Shown here piece by piece: positions 18,231 to 36,719 of a stretch of DNA of 64,000 nt (positions within the stretch are counted from its first letter, which is position 1; the number at the start of each line of letters is the position of its first letter). A program made the position numbers and the translations under genes. This DNA comes from the human T2T-CHM13v2.0 reference genome, Homo sapiens. The stretch is from the NCBI RefSeq assembly GCF_009914755.1, contig NC_060933.1. One strand, written 5' to 3'. A model generated the notes under the pieces. That model did not search any database, was not told where the DNA came from, and worked only from the letters and a program-made list of their open reading frames with translations.

Positions 18231-18559
18231 TGTTTGTTTGTTTGTTTGTTTGTTTGTTTTGAGATGGAGTCTCGCTCTGTCGCCCAGGCTGGAGTGCAGT
18301 GGCACTATCTCAGCTTACTGCAAGCTCCGCCTCCCGGGTTCACGCCATGCTCCTGCCTCAGCCTCCTGAGTAGCTGGGACTACTGGTGCCCGCCACCATG
18401 CCCACACCCGCCACCACGCCCGGCTAATTTTTTGTATTTTTAGTAGAGACGGGGTTTCATCGTGGTAGCCAGGATGGTCCTGATCTCCTGACCTTGTGAT
18501 CTGCCCGCCTCGCCCTCCCAAAGTGCTGGGATTACAGGTGTGAGCCACCACGCCCGGCC
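18231..18559 (-). mobile_element. AluY with (TTTG)n tail
   Basis: TSD gattaagagtt at 18220 and 18560. Confidence 0.95.
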
Positions 18560-18574
18560 GATTAAGAGTTCTGT

Positions 18575-19760
<1,186 letters not shown>

Positions 19761-20114
19761 TCAAGTGAGGGCCCGGAAGGCCCATGACATTCAATGATTC
19801 ATAGTTTCGCGAAGATTCAAATTTGAATATCCTGCACTGTGAGGTGTGTCTGTGTGTACAGGAGTCATTTGAACTAGTGAGTGTACCTCGTCAGCCACCC
19901 AGCATCTACACTGCCACCTTACTCCATAGTTCTCTCCTCTTCATTGTGTGACACTCATGAAGATTCCTTGTCCCTTTCTTGATCCCCACCACGCCCCCTA
20001 AGTTCAGGGCCATCACTGTTTGCTACCCGAGCCAATCCTGGTTGCCTTCATTATGGCATCTCTCCACCAGCCCTCACCCCCTCCACTCTGCCTCCCACCC
20101 TGAGTCAAGGAGAT

Positions 20115-20432
<318 letters not shown>

Positions 20433-21571
20433 GAGATTTTCAAAAGAACAAATCTGGTCCCATCGCTCCCCCATTGCGAGCCCATTAGGGCTCCCCTTGC
20501 TGTCTGCAGGGTGGGTCACAATGCATGTGTCTCCTCCCAGTTGGTGTGCCCTTGTGGGGAAGGTCCAGGGCAGATAGAGCTCTTCTGCAGTTCGTGCCTT
20601 GACCAGAGCATCCACTGCCTTCTCCTAAGCGGAAAGTCAAGCCTGTTGAGAACATTCTTACAGCAGCCAGGTGGCGTTGGTTTGGGCACTGATGTTATAA
20701 ATAGGCAAGACCCCTTCCCGTGCCCCTGCTTTGCAAAGAGCACCTGGGCTCAGCTCTGATTACCTTGGGTACTGCAGCCTGAAGAGGAGGGGGCCAGGTT
20801 GGTGAGCAGTCCAGAAACCACAGGAGGACCAGTTGAAGGAGAAGAAAAGGCCAAAATAGAATTGGAGCATGATTTTCAAGTCTCTGAAGAAGGTGGCTTT
20901 TCTGTTTTACTCCAGAGAGAGCTATTGAACTGCCACTAACATTGGATTCTGCACCAGGAGTCAGGCCTGTGCCCAGCAACTAAGAATCAGGACTAGGACC
21001 TCGGTGGAAGCTCCAGGGAGGCAGACTCCAATTGGATATAAAGAAGAGGTGCCCGAGAGTGTGACGGATCTGTTGCTGAGATGGGGTGCCTCATGCAGCA
21101 GGGGTGCTCTGTCCCAGAAGGAACTAAACAGCCTGGAGACCCACTGACTCTGCAAGGAACATTTATTGGACCTGAGCAGGAGGGAGGACCAGATGACCCT
21201 TTCTGACTCTCAAATTCTTTGACTCTAAGAAGGAGTTCCATTCCTAATATACCTGAAAAGCTCTTAGTGGCGCTGCCATTAAGCAGAGTTAATGGCAATA
21301 AATTCTGCCATTGTATTTCTTGGCTAAGCAGAGAAAAGCATTAGACTCATGGTGTGTGCTCAGTCAACACGAACCACTTGGCTTTTCTTTTGCCAAGCAG
21401 CAAGTTAGTGAAGCTGGATGAACCTGGGGCATGGACCTGACACTCAGCCTTCACTCTTCCCTTCATGCCCTCAGTGAATCTCCATTTCCTCTTCTGTAAA
21501 AGGAGGGGAGTAACAGTGATTCCTAAAATCCTTCCCAAATTTAACGTTCAGCTTTTTAAAAAGCCAATATA

Positions 21572-21947
<376 letters not shown>

Positions 21948-23503
21948 TTAAAAACCCCACAGAAACCGTTTGTTTTCATAAAAAGGGCTTCAGTGTGGGG
22001 GCTGGAGCCAGGGGCACCAGGTAATGAACCCCAACCCTGTATCTTGCTGCCCACTCTTGTAGCAATTCTTGGATTCTTGGGTAGGAGTCAGAAAGCTTGG
22101 ATCATTCTGGATGTTTTCTCCCTTAATCAATCATCTTTTGGTCTCTCACTTCTGAGTACGTAAGAGCCATTTGCTTTTCACATTTACAATACTTTCTTTT
22201 GGAATGTTGTCCCTTACTGATTCAGAGAAAGGAGGACATTTGTTTTAACAGATTTGAATTTATCAGCGTGTGTATTTGCACCAAAGCATAATAATAATAA
22301 ATTACAGTCCTAATAAGTAGGTTGCCCAGAAGGAGGGCGGTGGCACCCCCAATAATTGATGTACATTCTTTGCAATTTAGGGGCATCATAATTTATCGGG
22401 GTTCATTTTTTTTGTATCCAATTTGAAGAAAGGCAGCTGTGTTTTGTATGCAATAAACTCTGCCATTGTACTTCTTGGCTAAGCAGAGAAAAGCATCATA
22501 ATTTTTTGCCTATTTCCTAGTTATTACTGCAGTATCTAGTAGCTTCTTTATGGGAAAGAGTTTATCAATATTTCAATTATAAACCCCAATTTTCAGGAGG
22601 GTTGTAACTCATCTATTTAAAAATCAGATCAGGCTGAAAACACAGTGAGTAGCTTGTCATCCCAGGAAACCGAGGGCTTTCTAAAATATTAAATAACCAG
22701 TGTAAGTCAGTTCGATTTCTTTGAACTTTTAGGGTAAAACTTTGGTTTTACTTCCCCACATGAATAAAGTGGAACTAAGCTTCTTTCTCCATAAAACGTG
22801 TTCAGGTGTTACTGAGGTTTCCATTTGCAAGTAAAGGGAACAGGTGCTGAAATCGGCATCTCTGATATTGTTCATTGGTTGGTGTGTTCTGGAAAAGCTG
22901 CCCACACATCACATTTTTTACCAATTGAGTGATAGTTTGATACAATGCCCTTTTGAATGGAACCACGTGGTGAATCCTTTTCTAGAAGTGAAGACTACTT
23001 CAGGAAAGCAAGTAAGCACTCCTAATTATGCAACAGTATCCTAGCTTTGAGAAGGCAGACATACCTATAACGTAGCCAGGGGCCAGCATTGCCCTTGTCA
23101 TTGAGTGGATGGGGACAGGCCAGCCATCTAGTGGCCCAGCCCTCCTGGTAGACATGTGGACCTCAGGCACCTAAGGCCATCTGTTGACTTCAATCAGTCA
23201 GTGACTTGAGCCAATTCTCCCCACCCAAACCACACACTGAGGCACTTCTTTCAAAGTCCCCTTAAGTCAGAGAGTGATCACTTAGACCATCCCAGGATTA
23301 CCTGAAGTGAGGACATCACAAAATGTCATAACATCCTACAAAAAAAAGAAAGAAAAGGCAATAAATTAGCCTGCACAAAGAACTCCAGTCCATGGGAAGG
23401 CCCAGTGATATCTTGTGAAGTTTGTTCTACTTGCAGATCCTAGCTGGCCCTTTCCTAGGCTTTATCAGGCCTGGGACCTTGTTGATGGCAATACCATCTG
23501 TCA

Positions 23504-24085
<582 letters not shown>

Positions 24086-24179
24086 GAACCCCAAATGTCT
24101 CTCCACTCAGCTCCCAACAGGATGCAATTGTCAAGGAAAGGCTGTAACTCTTAACTGTGGGGTTTGGGGAGGCCACAGA

Positions 24180-24600
24180 ATGTAGTGGCCAGGATGTGGG
24201 CTTTGAGGTCCACAGACACAGACCCGAGTTCTCATCCAGCGTCAGCCACTTATTAGCTGTATAACCTTGAGCAAGTTATTTATCCACTCTTAGTTTTCCC
24301 TTCTCTAAAATGAGGACAATTACACATTCCTGGTGGCACTGCCGTGGCGATTCAATGAGGAAATGTGAGTGCTGGGCCTGGCACTCGTCCATCCACGAAT
24401 ATTTTATGAAGCACCTGCTGAGTGTCGGGTACTATCCTAGGCTCCGTTGAACGAGACAGGTGAGCTGCCTCTCTCGTGGTTACATTTGAATGGAGAAAGA
24501 CAGACAATAAATACACAGCCGAAAGGTAGCATCGCTTATAGTAAGTGGCTGGGTGGGGAAGGCAGCTCAGAATGGGTGACTGAGGAGGGGCTCTGTCCAC
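24180..24600. mobile_element. MIR (+) abutting an L2 fragment (-)
   Basis: ccacttattagctgtataaccttgagcaagttattta (MIR); aatattttatgaagcacctgctgagtgtc (L2). Confidence 0.7.
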
Positions 24601-25082
24601 AGTAGCTGTTGTCCTGCCCCCCATCTTGACATCTGCTGCCCCTCTCCCAGCCTCATGTGCCTTGTCACGTGCCTGTGCCTGTTCCCATTTGTACCCCATC
24701 TTCAGCCAGCGCTTGACTCATTCATCTTCATATTCCCTACGGCGCCTCCTTGGTATGGCGCCAGGCATGCGGTCAGACTCCAGAAATGTGTTCAAATGAA
24801 CCTTCTGAAAATACTAGACAGGGGCAGTGCCTTCTAGCCCTGTGGGTGCACAGAGTCCTGGCCCTGGAGCCATCTCTTATTCAGTGATGGACTTGAGCAC
24901 CCGTGCAGAATCCCATTAAGATTTCCATAGCCTGGCCCCACTCAGCTCCCTCAGTCCTAAGTCCATTTCCTCTTCCTCTGGTCTTCATGGAAAACAGCAT
25001 CTCAAAGAAACCATTCAGTTTGGGCAATAACCACCTGGGAGATGGGAAGAGGCTGCTGATCCAACTGGAGATTTAAAAAAAA

Positions 25083-25360
<278 letters not shown>

Positions 25361-25589
25361 CCAGGCAGATCTTTAAAAAGACCCATGACTGGCCCCTACT
25401 GGGACAGCAACTCAGGGCAATCCTTCTTATGTGTGCAGGAGCTGACTGAGCCCCCTAAACCGGTCACCCCCACCCCTGAAGATGAGGAAGATGAGGCCAA
25501 GGTTTGCGTATTCTCTGGATGAAGCCCTCGGCCTGGGTCCAGTTGTGTGATCCTGAGGACTCGCTCCCACGCATGCCCGCCACACTCAG

Positions 25590-26700
25590 AGCCCTAGGAA
25601 CTGACAGGCGGCCGCATCTTAAGACGGGGACGGGGGTGGGGGGTGGGGGGAGAAAGGATTAAAATCGAGATTTCGCTATTATTTTTCTCTGATAAAAGTG
25701 CAGCGAGGAATAGCTCGACTGTGTCACTGCCTAGTTTTTCTTTTGTGTTTTTTGCTTCCTGCTTCAATATCTTCCTCCAGCTGCTCATGTCTCCTTTTCT
25801 TTTCTCCTCACTTTGATCTATTCGTTTTCCCCAGAAATGGGGTTTATAAATCATTGTAATGCAGCCTTGGGAAAGATGGTGCTTAGTGCAGGGAGAAATA
25901 CATCGCCGCTAACAGCCCCGGCAGGGAGAAAAACTCTCGCCTTGTTGCTGGATTCTGGCGACAGGTTACTGATGGTATTTGCTTTTTATGTCTGCACGCG
26001 TGCCATCGGGGCAGGGCCGTGGGGAGCGTTCCGCACGCCACCTTGGTAATATTTCAAGTCTCCTCCGGCAGTCGAAAACAAACTGCTCCTGCCTGCTCTC
26101 AAGGAGGCAGAGAGAGAAAGGGAAGGGAGACGCGAAGGCGGGGAAGGAGCATAAAGACGCGTGCCTGTGATTCTCTGGATCCCACCCCAGATAAAATCAG
26201 CTCCTAAAACACCCCTTTCCCTCCCTGAAACCCTCTGCACATTTGGATTGACTTAATTAATCTGGTGTCCCAGATCGTCAGGACCGACTCTCCCAGGCAC
26301 AGTTAGGAGTCTAACAGCCCCGATCCCTTATTTCCGAAGGCCCGGGGCCTCCCTCCCTCGTCATATTTTATGATCCTATTTTCTCTGCAGCTCAGAGCAG
26401 TAGAGAAGCGTGGGGCTTGAGATGTGGGCCTCCTTCTTACTCAGAGCGGCCTTGCGGTGCGTGTGAGATCCGGGGCGAAGGAATGAAAATCCTGCGAGGC
26501 CTTAAATCAGAACATAAACAGGGACCCCGTTATCCCGGAGCCAGGGGCGCTTGCACAGATCCGGGCCCCTGGACGGGCCTGAGATGCGCAGAAGTGCAGC
26601 TTACGGTCGCAGCGACAAGCTTTTGATTTCTTCTTCACCGACAGGCCTCTCCACCTTTGTCTCCCTGGCGTGGGGGGGGGGGGGGTGGGGTGTGTGTATG
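25590..26700. promoter_or_regulatory. Intronic CpG-rich, island-like region (candidate enhancer)
   Basis: Repeat-free and GC-rich, with many CpGs (gcggccgc, cacgcgtg, gacgcgaaggcggg) and G-tracts. Confidence 0.55.
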
Positions 26701-26930
26701 GAAGGCTCAGCTCATCCCCACTTTCCCGCATCTTCTTTTCTCCACATATGGAATTTCGACTGAATTTTCCCATCGTTGCTGCATCTGTCCACTTCATCTT
26801 GCCTGTGTGGGCTAGGTTTCATCCTAACAGTGATCAGCAGAAGAAAATGTTTATTCCTCTTCATAGGTCAGGTCCGCACAGGACAGAGTGAAATGGAGAC
26901 AGTGAGTTGGGGAATTAGCATTGGGTAGCT

Positions 26931-27105
26931 CAGCACTGTCCGGTGGAACTTTCTGGAGGGAGCTCTCCCTCCTGTGTCCAGTAGGGTCACTACAAGCCGC
27001 ATGGCTAGTGAGACTGAAGAATAAATATCTAACTTGACTTAATTATAATTAATTTAAATCTAAATAGCACTTGCGGCTGGCAGGTGTCGTGTTAGGCGGC
27101 ACAGA
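26931..27105. mobile_element. MER3 (hAT-Charlie)
   Basis: cagcactgtccggtggaactttctg...atggctagtgagactgaagaa...aattaatttaaatctaaatagc. Confidence 0.75.
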
Positions 27106-27381
27106 TGTAGCCAGGCAAGCTGGAAAATTCAAAGGAGACGCTTCTGTTGGTGATACCTTGTTATACCTGGAACCACTGTTTCCAGCAGGCTAACACTAAA
27201 ACACTGAGGCATGTGCAAGGAAATAAAAGGGTGAAAAAAGCATGAAATGGTTGAACCCTTTTGAAGTCACACTCTTCCTCCAAGTACACTCAGGGGTGAG
27301 GATAGTCGCAGACTTGATAACCAGACCAGATCGTGGGAGAAAATTTCCTTCGGGGTAAAAATGAAAAGATAGTCTGGGTAA

Positions 27382-27727
<346 letters not shown>

Positions 27728-27774
27728 ACCCTGGAACTAATTTATCCCATGCACCTAATGTGGCCTGGATGAAT

Positions 27775-27777
<3 letters not shown>

Positions 27778-27823
<46 letters not shown>

Positions 27824-28333
27824 GTATGTATATGTATTTGTGTGTATATATGTGTGTATATGTATGTCTCTGTTTAGGTGGGTGTATGTGTGAGTGTGTG
27901 TAGGTGTGTGTGTATGTGTGTGAGCATGTGTGCATGTATGTGTATGTATATATATATGCCTGTATATGTGTGTGTATGTATATGTGTGTATACATGTGTA
28001 TGTATGTGTGTATATGTCTCATGTGTGCATATTTATGTGTATATGTGTGCATATGTGTTTGTGTATGTGTGTTTACCTGTATGTATGTGTATATGTGTGT
28101 GAGTGTGTGTGTATGTGTGTGTATGAGTGTGTGTGAGAGCGTGTGTGTATGTGAGAGCGATGTGTGTATGTGTGTGTATGAGTGTGCGTATGTGTGGGAG
28201 TATTGTGAGTCTGTGTGTGAGTGTGTGTATGTGTGAGTGTATGTGGGTGTGAGTGTGTTAGTGTGTGAGTGTGAGTTTGTATGAGTGTGTGCGTGAGTGT
28301 GTGTGAGTCTGAGTGCATGAGCGTGTGCGTGTA
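27778..28333. repeat. Compound (TG)n/(TATG)n/(GAGT)n microsatellite, ~550 bp
   Basis: Perfect (GT)18 at 27778-27813, then a degenerate purine-pyrimidine alternation. Confidence 0.97.
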
Positions 28334-28711
28334 TACTTCTTAAAGACCTTCAAGACACTTCTCCTGACATCCAGGTCTTCATGCATCCTTCCATGCAGGG
28401 CATCGCACCCTGAGGACTTTGTAAGCAGAAGGGCTTCCTGACCAGCCCCTTTGGAGTGAATGGAAGAGTGTTTATGGATGTACCAGGGGATAGTTCAGAA
28501 AAGCTACTCCATCCATTTCCTGCTGTTGCTCTCTCTGCCTTTGCTCTTGCTCCAGCCCTTCCCCAGTTCCCGGGCAGTTCAGCGGTCAGACTGCCTGGCC
28601 ACCTCCCACCTCCTCCACTTTATGAGGCACAGGGCCTTGGGTAAGTGACTTGACTCCCCAAAGCCACTGTGTTCTCCTCTGCAGAGTGGAAATGATAATA
28701 GCACCCACCTC

Positions 28712-29432
28712 AAGAATGTTTGAACGTCCATCAGCAGATGAATGGATATAAAATATGGCCTATCCATATGGTGGAATATTACTTGGCCATTAAAAAGGAA
28801 TGAAGTACTGATCCATGCTACAGCATGGACAAACCTTGAAAACATTATACTAAGGGAAAGAAGCCAGATCCAAAGGACACATATTAGATGATTCCATTTA
28901 CAGGAAATATCTAGAATAGGCAAATCCATAGAAAATGGATCAAATAGACCAGTGGCTGCTAAGACCGGGGAGATGGGGGTGTGAGGAGTGGCTGCTCAAC
29001 GGGTATGAGATAACCTTTTGGGGTGATGAAAAAGTGTTGGCACTAGATAGAGGTGATGGTTGTGCAACATTGTGAATCTACTCAATACCACTGGATTGTG
29101 CACTTTAAAAGGGTCAATTCTCTGTCGTCCAGGCTGGAGTGCAGTGCAATCTCGGCTCACTGCAACCTCCGCCTCCTGGGTTCAAATGATCCTCCTGCCT
29201 CAGCCTCCTGAGTAGCTGGGATTACAGGTGCCCGCCACCACGCCCAGCTAATTTTTGTATTTTTAGTAGAGACGGGGTTTCACCATGTTGGCCAGGCTGG
29301 CCTCAAACTCCTGACCTCAGGCGATTTACCTGCCTCAGTCTCCCAAAGTGCTGGGATTACAGGTGTGAGCCACTGTGCCTGGCCAAAAGGGTCAATTTTA
29401 TACTACGTAATTTTCACCTAAATTAAAAAAAA
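28712..29432 (+). mobile_element. L1MB 3' end (with inserted Alu) inside a MIR
   Basis: cgtccatcagcagatgaatggata...atgaagtactgatccatgctacagcatggacaaaccttgaaaacattatactaag; MIR pieces at ~28620-28712 and ~29445-29520. Confidence 0.9.
29120..29384 (-). mobile_element. AluS lacking tail and 3' terminus
   Basis: TSD aaaagggtcaatt at 29107 and 29385. Confidence 0.93.
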
Positions 29433-30898
29433 ATTAATGTAAAAAATGTATGCTCATTTATTTACTCAAAGCCCTCCGCACAGTGCCTGGCACAATAGCA
29501 AGTGCTGAATGAAGGTTGGCTTTTAAGAACAGTAACAGTGACACAACTCACCTCCAGTCTTTGGAAATCACACTTCTTATAGATGGAACATGAGAGGAGG
29601 AACTGGGCAAAGCGCCCCTCGTTTTGGGGTTAGACAAAACCCACGCATTGGACGAGGTGTGTGGCCAAGGGTGTGCCCGGGTTCTGGGACTGCTTTTGCA
29701 GGTCTCTCTGTCTTACGCCAGGATGAGTTAAAGACCCCTGGTACAGCCCGGTGCTGCCAACTACAATTTGGCTAATGCCTTAATTGCATCTGCTTCAGCG
29801 GCCTTCCTTCTGGCTCGGGGACCATGTCTATTTCCCTGCTCCCTGGTCCCCAGCAGCCAACTAGGGCAGGCCCCAGCAGCAGAACAGCTTGATTCCTTGA
29901 GCCCAGGGAAGCTATAAATCTAGAGCTTTAATCATGTCTTCATGATCATTCAGCAAAGAGCGACCGAGGATTTATTCTACCGGGACGGCCAAGGGAAGAC
30001 TGCGGGGGTTTGTCGTGGGGGATATTGGTTTAGCAAAGGCAGAACTGCTCCCCTGGGCCCTTCCCAGGCCTGGCCGATGAACGATGACACCAATGGCCAT
30101 AACAAGGCAATGACAGTGTGTGCGGGCAATGCTTTGTTAAAGACAGACAGGCTTCTCAGCCAAGGCCTTTGTTGTGCCACTTCATCCGCCTCACAGAGTG
30201 GCTGCGATTTCCCCCCGTTTCTGCTCTAGAGCCTGCGTCCTTGAGAATGCAGTAAGCATTTTTTAAACGCCCCAAGGGTCCTTTCCAGTTTTCTCTGCAA
30301 ATGTTAAGGAGGAGGAGAAATCAAGGAAATCCAGAGAGGACTCTGTGGTCCCTTGCACACGGCAGGCACCTAATATCTACCTATTGAACATCTCCGCTCC
30401 TTCATTTTATGGGCGAGAAGAAAGAGGCCCAGAGAGGTAGCGATTAGTAACTGTAACACAGCTGGTCCCCCAATTCCCAGTGTGAGCTGGCTGCTTCAGT
30501 GCCTGGCCTTGTTTACAAACCGCAGTCTTGGAGTCGCAGAAAGGGAATGGGTTCCCCTGGGACGGAGGGAAGAAAGCCAGCCCCAGTGCCTGTGGCTGAT
30601 CTCTAGGACGTGTTTCTTGTGAGTTACTCTGGAATAATTCTAAGTACGTGCAAGTGGTCCTGCTCCTCCGTTTGTTTGCTTGTTTTGTTTTTCCACGATG
30701 AGGTGCTGCTTCACTCATTTATCTGCCAGGCACAAATTGGGACATTTTCATAGCAGAAGGTGTTGGTTTCCCTCCTTTTTAAAATGGCTGTGACTCGTTC
30801 CATTACATAGATGTCCCATAAATGTAGGCTTCTGTGCCCCCACTCCAACAGCACCTCCAGCAATGGCCATTTCTATCATCTCCAGGTTTTCAACGTCA

Positions 30899-31363
<465 letters not shown>

Positions 31364-32791
31364 CTAGCTGCTATCCAGCAGTCCAGAGTGGGCTGGATAG
31401 CAGGACGGGGAGAGGCAATGAGTCAGGAGCATACAGAAGAAGTATATAAGCCAAATAGAGGAGGAAAGGGTGCCTGGGCGGGCTGGGAACGGATGGAAGG
31501 TGGCCACTCTCAGGTGCTGTGGATGACGTCGCAAGTCAGCCAATCTTTGCGAAAGGCACTTTTCAGCGCCAATGACATTTTAAAATGTGAGTACCCTTTG
31601 GCCCAGAAACTCCCCAGTTAAGATTTAAGCTCCAGAATTATGTGCACATATATACAAACATGTTCTTGCGGTGTGGTTTTAGAGTGTAGAAAACCCAGAA
31701 ACGAGAGAAATGGCCATTGCCTGGGATGCTATCTGGGGGCAGAAGCTTATTTTATGGCACATCTGGGTAATGGAAAGAGTTGCAGGCATTTAAAAAGTCA
31801 GGAAGCTGGGACAAATTGCTGAATGAAGTCGGAAGCTTGCTGTCCCCTGGGCCACCCCCACCTGGATACCTGAACGAAGTGGTCTTTCCTCAGGTGTCCA
31901 CCACACAGCAGAGGTTACTCACAGTAGAGGAGGGAGCCTGGCCCCGGTGGAAGACCCCCAGTGATACAGCAGGAAAGGGGTCACCGGGCTAATGACGCTA
32001 AGGGGGAGGGGATGCTGCCTTACCTGGGGACCAGCAGAGATGGTGGAGAGTGGTGACCCCAGTGGGCACCGTCTCTTCCCATTCAGCCCAACCACCCAGG
32101 GCTTCAGAAGCAGGCCTGAGCCTGGAGGCAAGGGGGAGTCCAGGCCCAAGGACAGCAGCGGAGGTCCCTGGTGTCCCTGCTATCTGTGCATGGGGCTGCT
32201 GACAGGAAGGACACAAACACTCACCTGGCTTGGCCTGGAAGGGCCCTGAACTCGGCCCAGGATGCACAAGTGTGGGTGGATTCCACTCCAAGGATACCTG
32301 GGCTGGGAGCCGCCTGATGGTTTTAGTTCCCGGTCATGGCTGGGTGACAGGCAAAGGGGTCGGATGGGAATCACGGAAAGAGGCTGCTTTCCCTCATTCC
32401 GCATCACAACCTGCTGTGCTTACAGTGAACGTCTCCATAGAGAAAAGCAGTTTCTTAGTGACTGACAACAACAAAGTTCAGGTATTTCCCAGCAAATGGC
32501 ACCTAAAACCACTGCAAGCACTGTATCCTTTCATATTTTAGGGAAACATGCACATCTTCCCATCAGTAATGAGTGTATTGACAGCCCTGATAACTGAGTA
32601 TGCCGTGGGCCAGATACAGGGCTCGGTCTCTGCCGCCTCCTCCCAGAACTCTCCCAGCATCTCCCATTTTACAAGCGAGGATACCAAGTCTTGGAGAGGT
32701 GAAATTGCTCACCCCAATTTAAAAAAAAAACCGGACGAGGCAGAACTGTGCTGTCTTCAGAGCCTGTTCCTGCAGGCCACACAGCTGTGGA

Positions 32792-33563
<772 letters not shown>

Positions 33564-34399
33564 TCACATATTCTTTTGCTTAATTCTCCAGCTTTTGGGG
33601 ATCTTTACTATGGAGTTCGATTTTGGGTACTCTCTTCTACTGAAATTCATTAGTCATGGAATTCATGTGCGAGAGTGTTTCCTGAAGTCTTGTTTGCATT
33701 GCAGCAGCAAAAAAACAAAAATAAAAAATAAGAAACACCTGGTCATGAAGGTTGTGTTGGGGGAACAGTAAATCTACCCTGTGGAGTATGATACAGCCAG
33801 GAAAAGGCACAAGTTAGACCTAGATGTGGGCCTTTGATCTATGTTTGAGGGAGTGGCAAGGTGCAGATCCCACGTGTGCAGGGGAAATGCCTGCACTTGT
33901 AGCCGTTGGTATGTGTGCCCAAGTTCAGGTGAGGGAGGCACAGAAAGACACACCCTGGTGTTCACTTGGGGGACCTCAGTGGGTGAGATGGAAAAAAAGG
34001 GGTTGTTTATTTTGCCTTTATACACATCTGATTGACTTGTACAACAAGCATGAAGTAACTTAAAATAGACTACCCATAACGTTTTCTAAAAAAGTCTCTT
34101 AGTTCTGCCAAACTCTGCCTGAGTCCTCAAGGCAGAACAGGCAATTCTCTGCTCCTTGTCCCCAACACTTCATGGGAGCTGTTAGCTTTTAGAAACAAAC
34201 AGGATGAGCTGGGCTGATGGCACGAGGAGACATAAAAACTTACCGGAGGCAAGTGGTTCAAAATAAGGCAGTGATGAACTGACAGGAGGAAGGGCCTGCA
34301 CCAGAAACCTGAGAACATTTTGGTCTGCCTTTACCTGTGGATAGCTGACATTAATACCATTTGAACTTGAAAATCCATGGCGGGGGAGCTTAAGCTATG

Positions 34400-34660
34400 T
34401 CACAGAGGATTCTTGACTGCAGAATGTCTAGGGGTGGGATGCAGACATGAGCACTTTTTTTTAAAGACATGGTCTTGCTCTGTTGCCCAGGCTGGGGTGC
34501 AGTGGCTCTCTGCAGCCTTGATCTTCCAGGCTCAAGCAATCCTCACTCCTAAGCCTCCTGAGTAGTTGGGATTACAGACGTAAGCCTGGCTGACATGAGC
34601 ATTTTTTTAAATGCCCCTTGATGATTCTAGAGAGCAGCTGGGGTTGAGAATGTCCACTTT
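34400..34660. mobile_element. MER5-like element split by an Alu monomer (34454-34591, -)
   Basis: TSD gacatgagca; gatgattctagagagcagctggggttgagaa. Confidence 0.6.
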
Positions 34661-35229
34661 ACTCTCACGACAGGACCCATCCCGGGATGCCTTTAGACAA
34701 CGCTTTGATTGACACACATTCAGGTCAGCTGCAGTTAGCAGGATTGTGTCTCCACTGCATGAAGCCAGGCACCCTTATACACCAAGTCCCAGGAGGAGCA
34801 CAGTTCCTGGAACTTGGGTCATGGGATGGGGACATTCTGCAAAGCCAGATGCCAGAGAACAAATGTCGCATTGCCCTCTGCACTATGTCGGCAGTTGGTA
34901 CTCTCTTCCCAAGGACCCGATGTCAAGTAATTTCCTGCACATCCGGTCCTTGGGAAAGAAAGACTGGATCGGTGTGGGGACACCTGGCAGAGGTGCCCCA
35001 AAGAGCTATTTTTCCTCTTCAAGAAAATAGCTCAGAGTTAGTTCCCCCGACCTCCCGGCTTCCTCCAGAAGCCTGTCTGGCCCCTCCTCACCACATCCCA
35101 AGGACTTGCCCAGTAGAAGGGGCTGGTGGAGATGACCTCTGGGCTCCTCCACCTGCTCTAATTCTTTGATTCAGATCAATCAATGACATTTGTCACAGCC
35201 AGGTGTCCTGGGGCTGGGAACAGCCTTTG

Positions 35230-36280
<1,051 letters not shown>

Positions 36281-36419
36281 GGGGGAACATCCTTGTCAAA
36301 GCTCTGTTCATGAAGTGTCCTGAGATAAGGGGCACACAAGCAGATGTGGATCTGATGAGCTCACTCCCCCTCCTGCATCCAACCCTTCAAAGGCCCCTTG
36401 CCTTAGAACTGTAGATTAG

Positions 36420-36716
36420 GGCCGGGTGTGGTGGCTCACACCTGTAATCTCAGCACTTTGGGAGGCCGAGGCGGGTGGGTCACTTGAGGTCAGGAGTTCG
36501 AGACCAGCCTGGTCAACATGGCGAAACCCCGTATCTACTAAAAAATACAAAAAAATTAGCAGGGCCTGGTGGTGCGCACCAGTAGTCCTAGCTACTCAGG
36601 AGGCTGAGGGGGGAGGATTGCTTGAGCCCAGGAGGCCGAGGCTGCAGCGAGCCGAGGTTGCGCCACTGCCTCCAGCCTGGGCAACAGAGTGAGACTCCGT
36701 CTCAAAAAACAAAAAA
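36420..36716 (+). mobile_element. Alu (S/J)
   Basis: Full dimer. Confidence 0.93.
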
Positions 36717-36719
36717 CCA

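Noticed and set aside
34687-35169. 160-aa non-Alu ORF
   Set aside because: No recognisable domain, codon bias or convincing splice context; expected by chance in GC-rich DNA.
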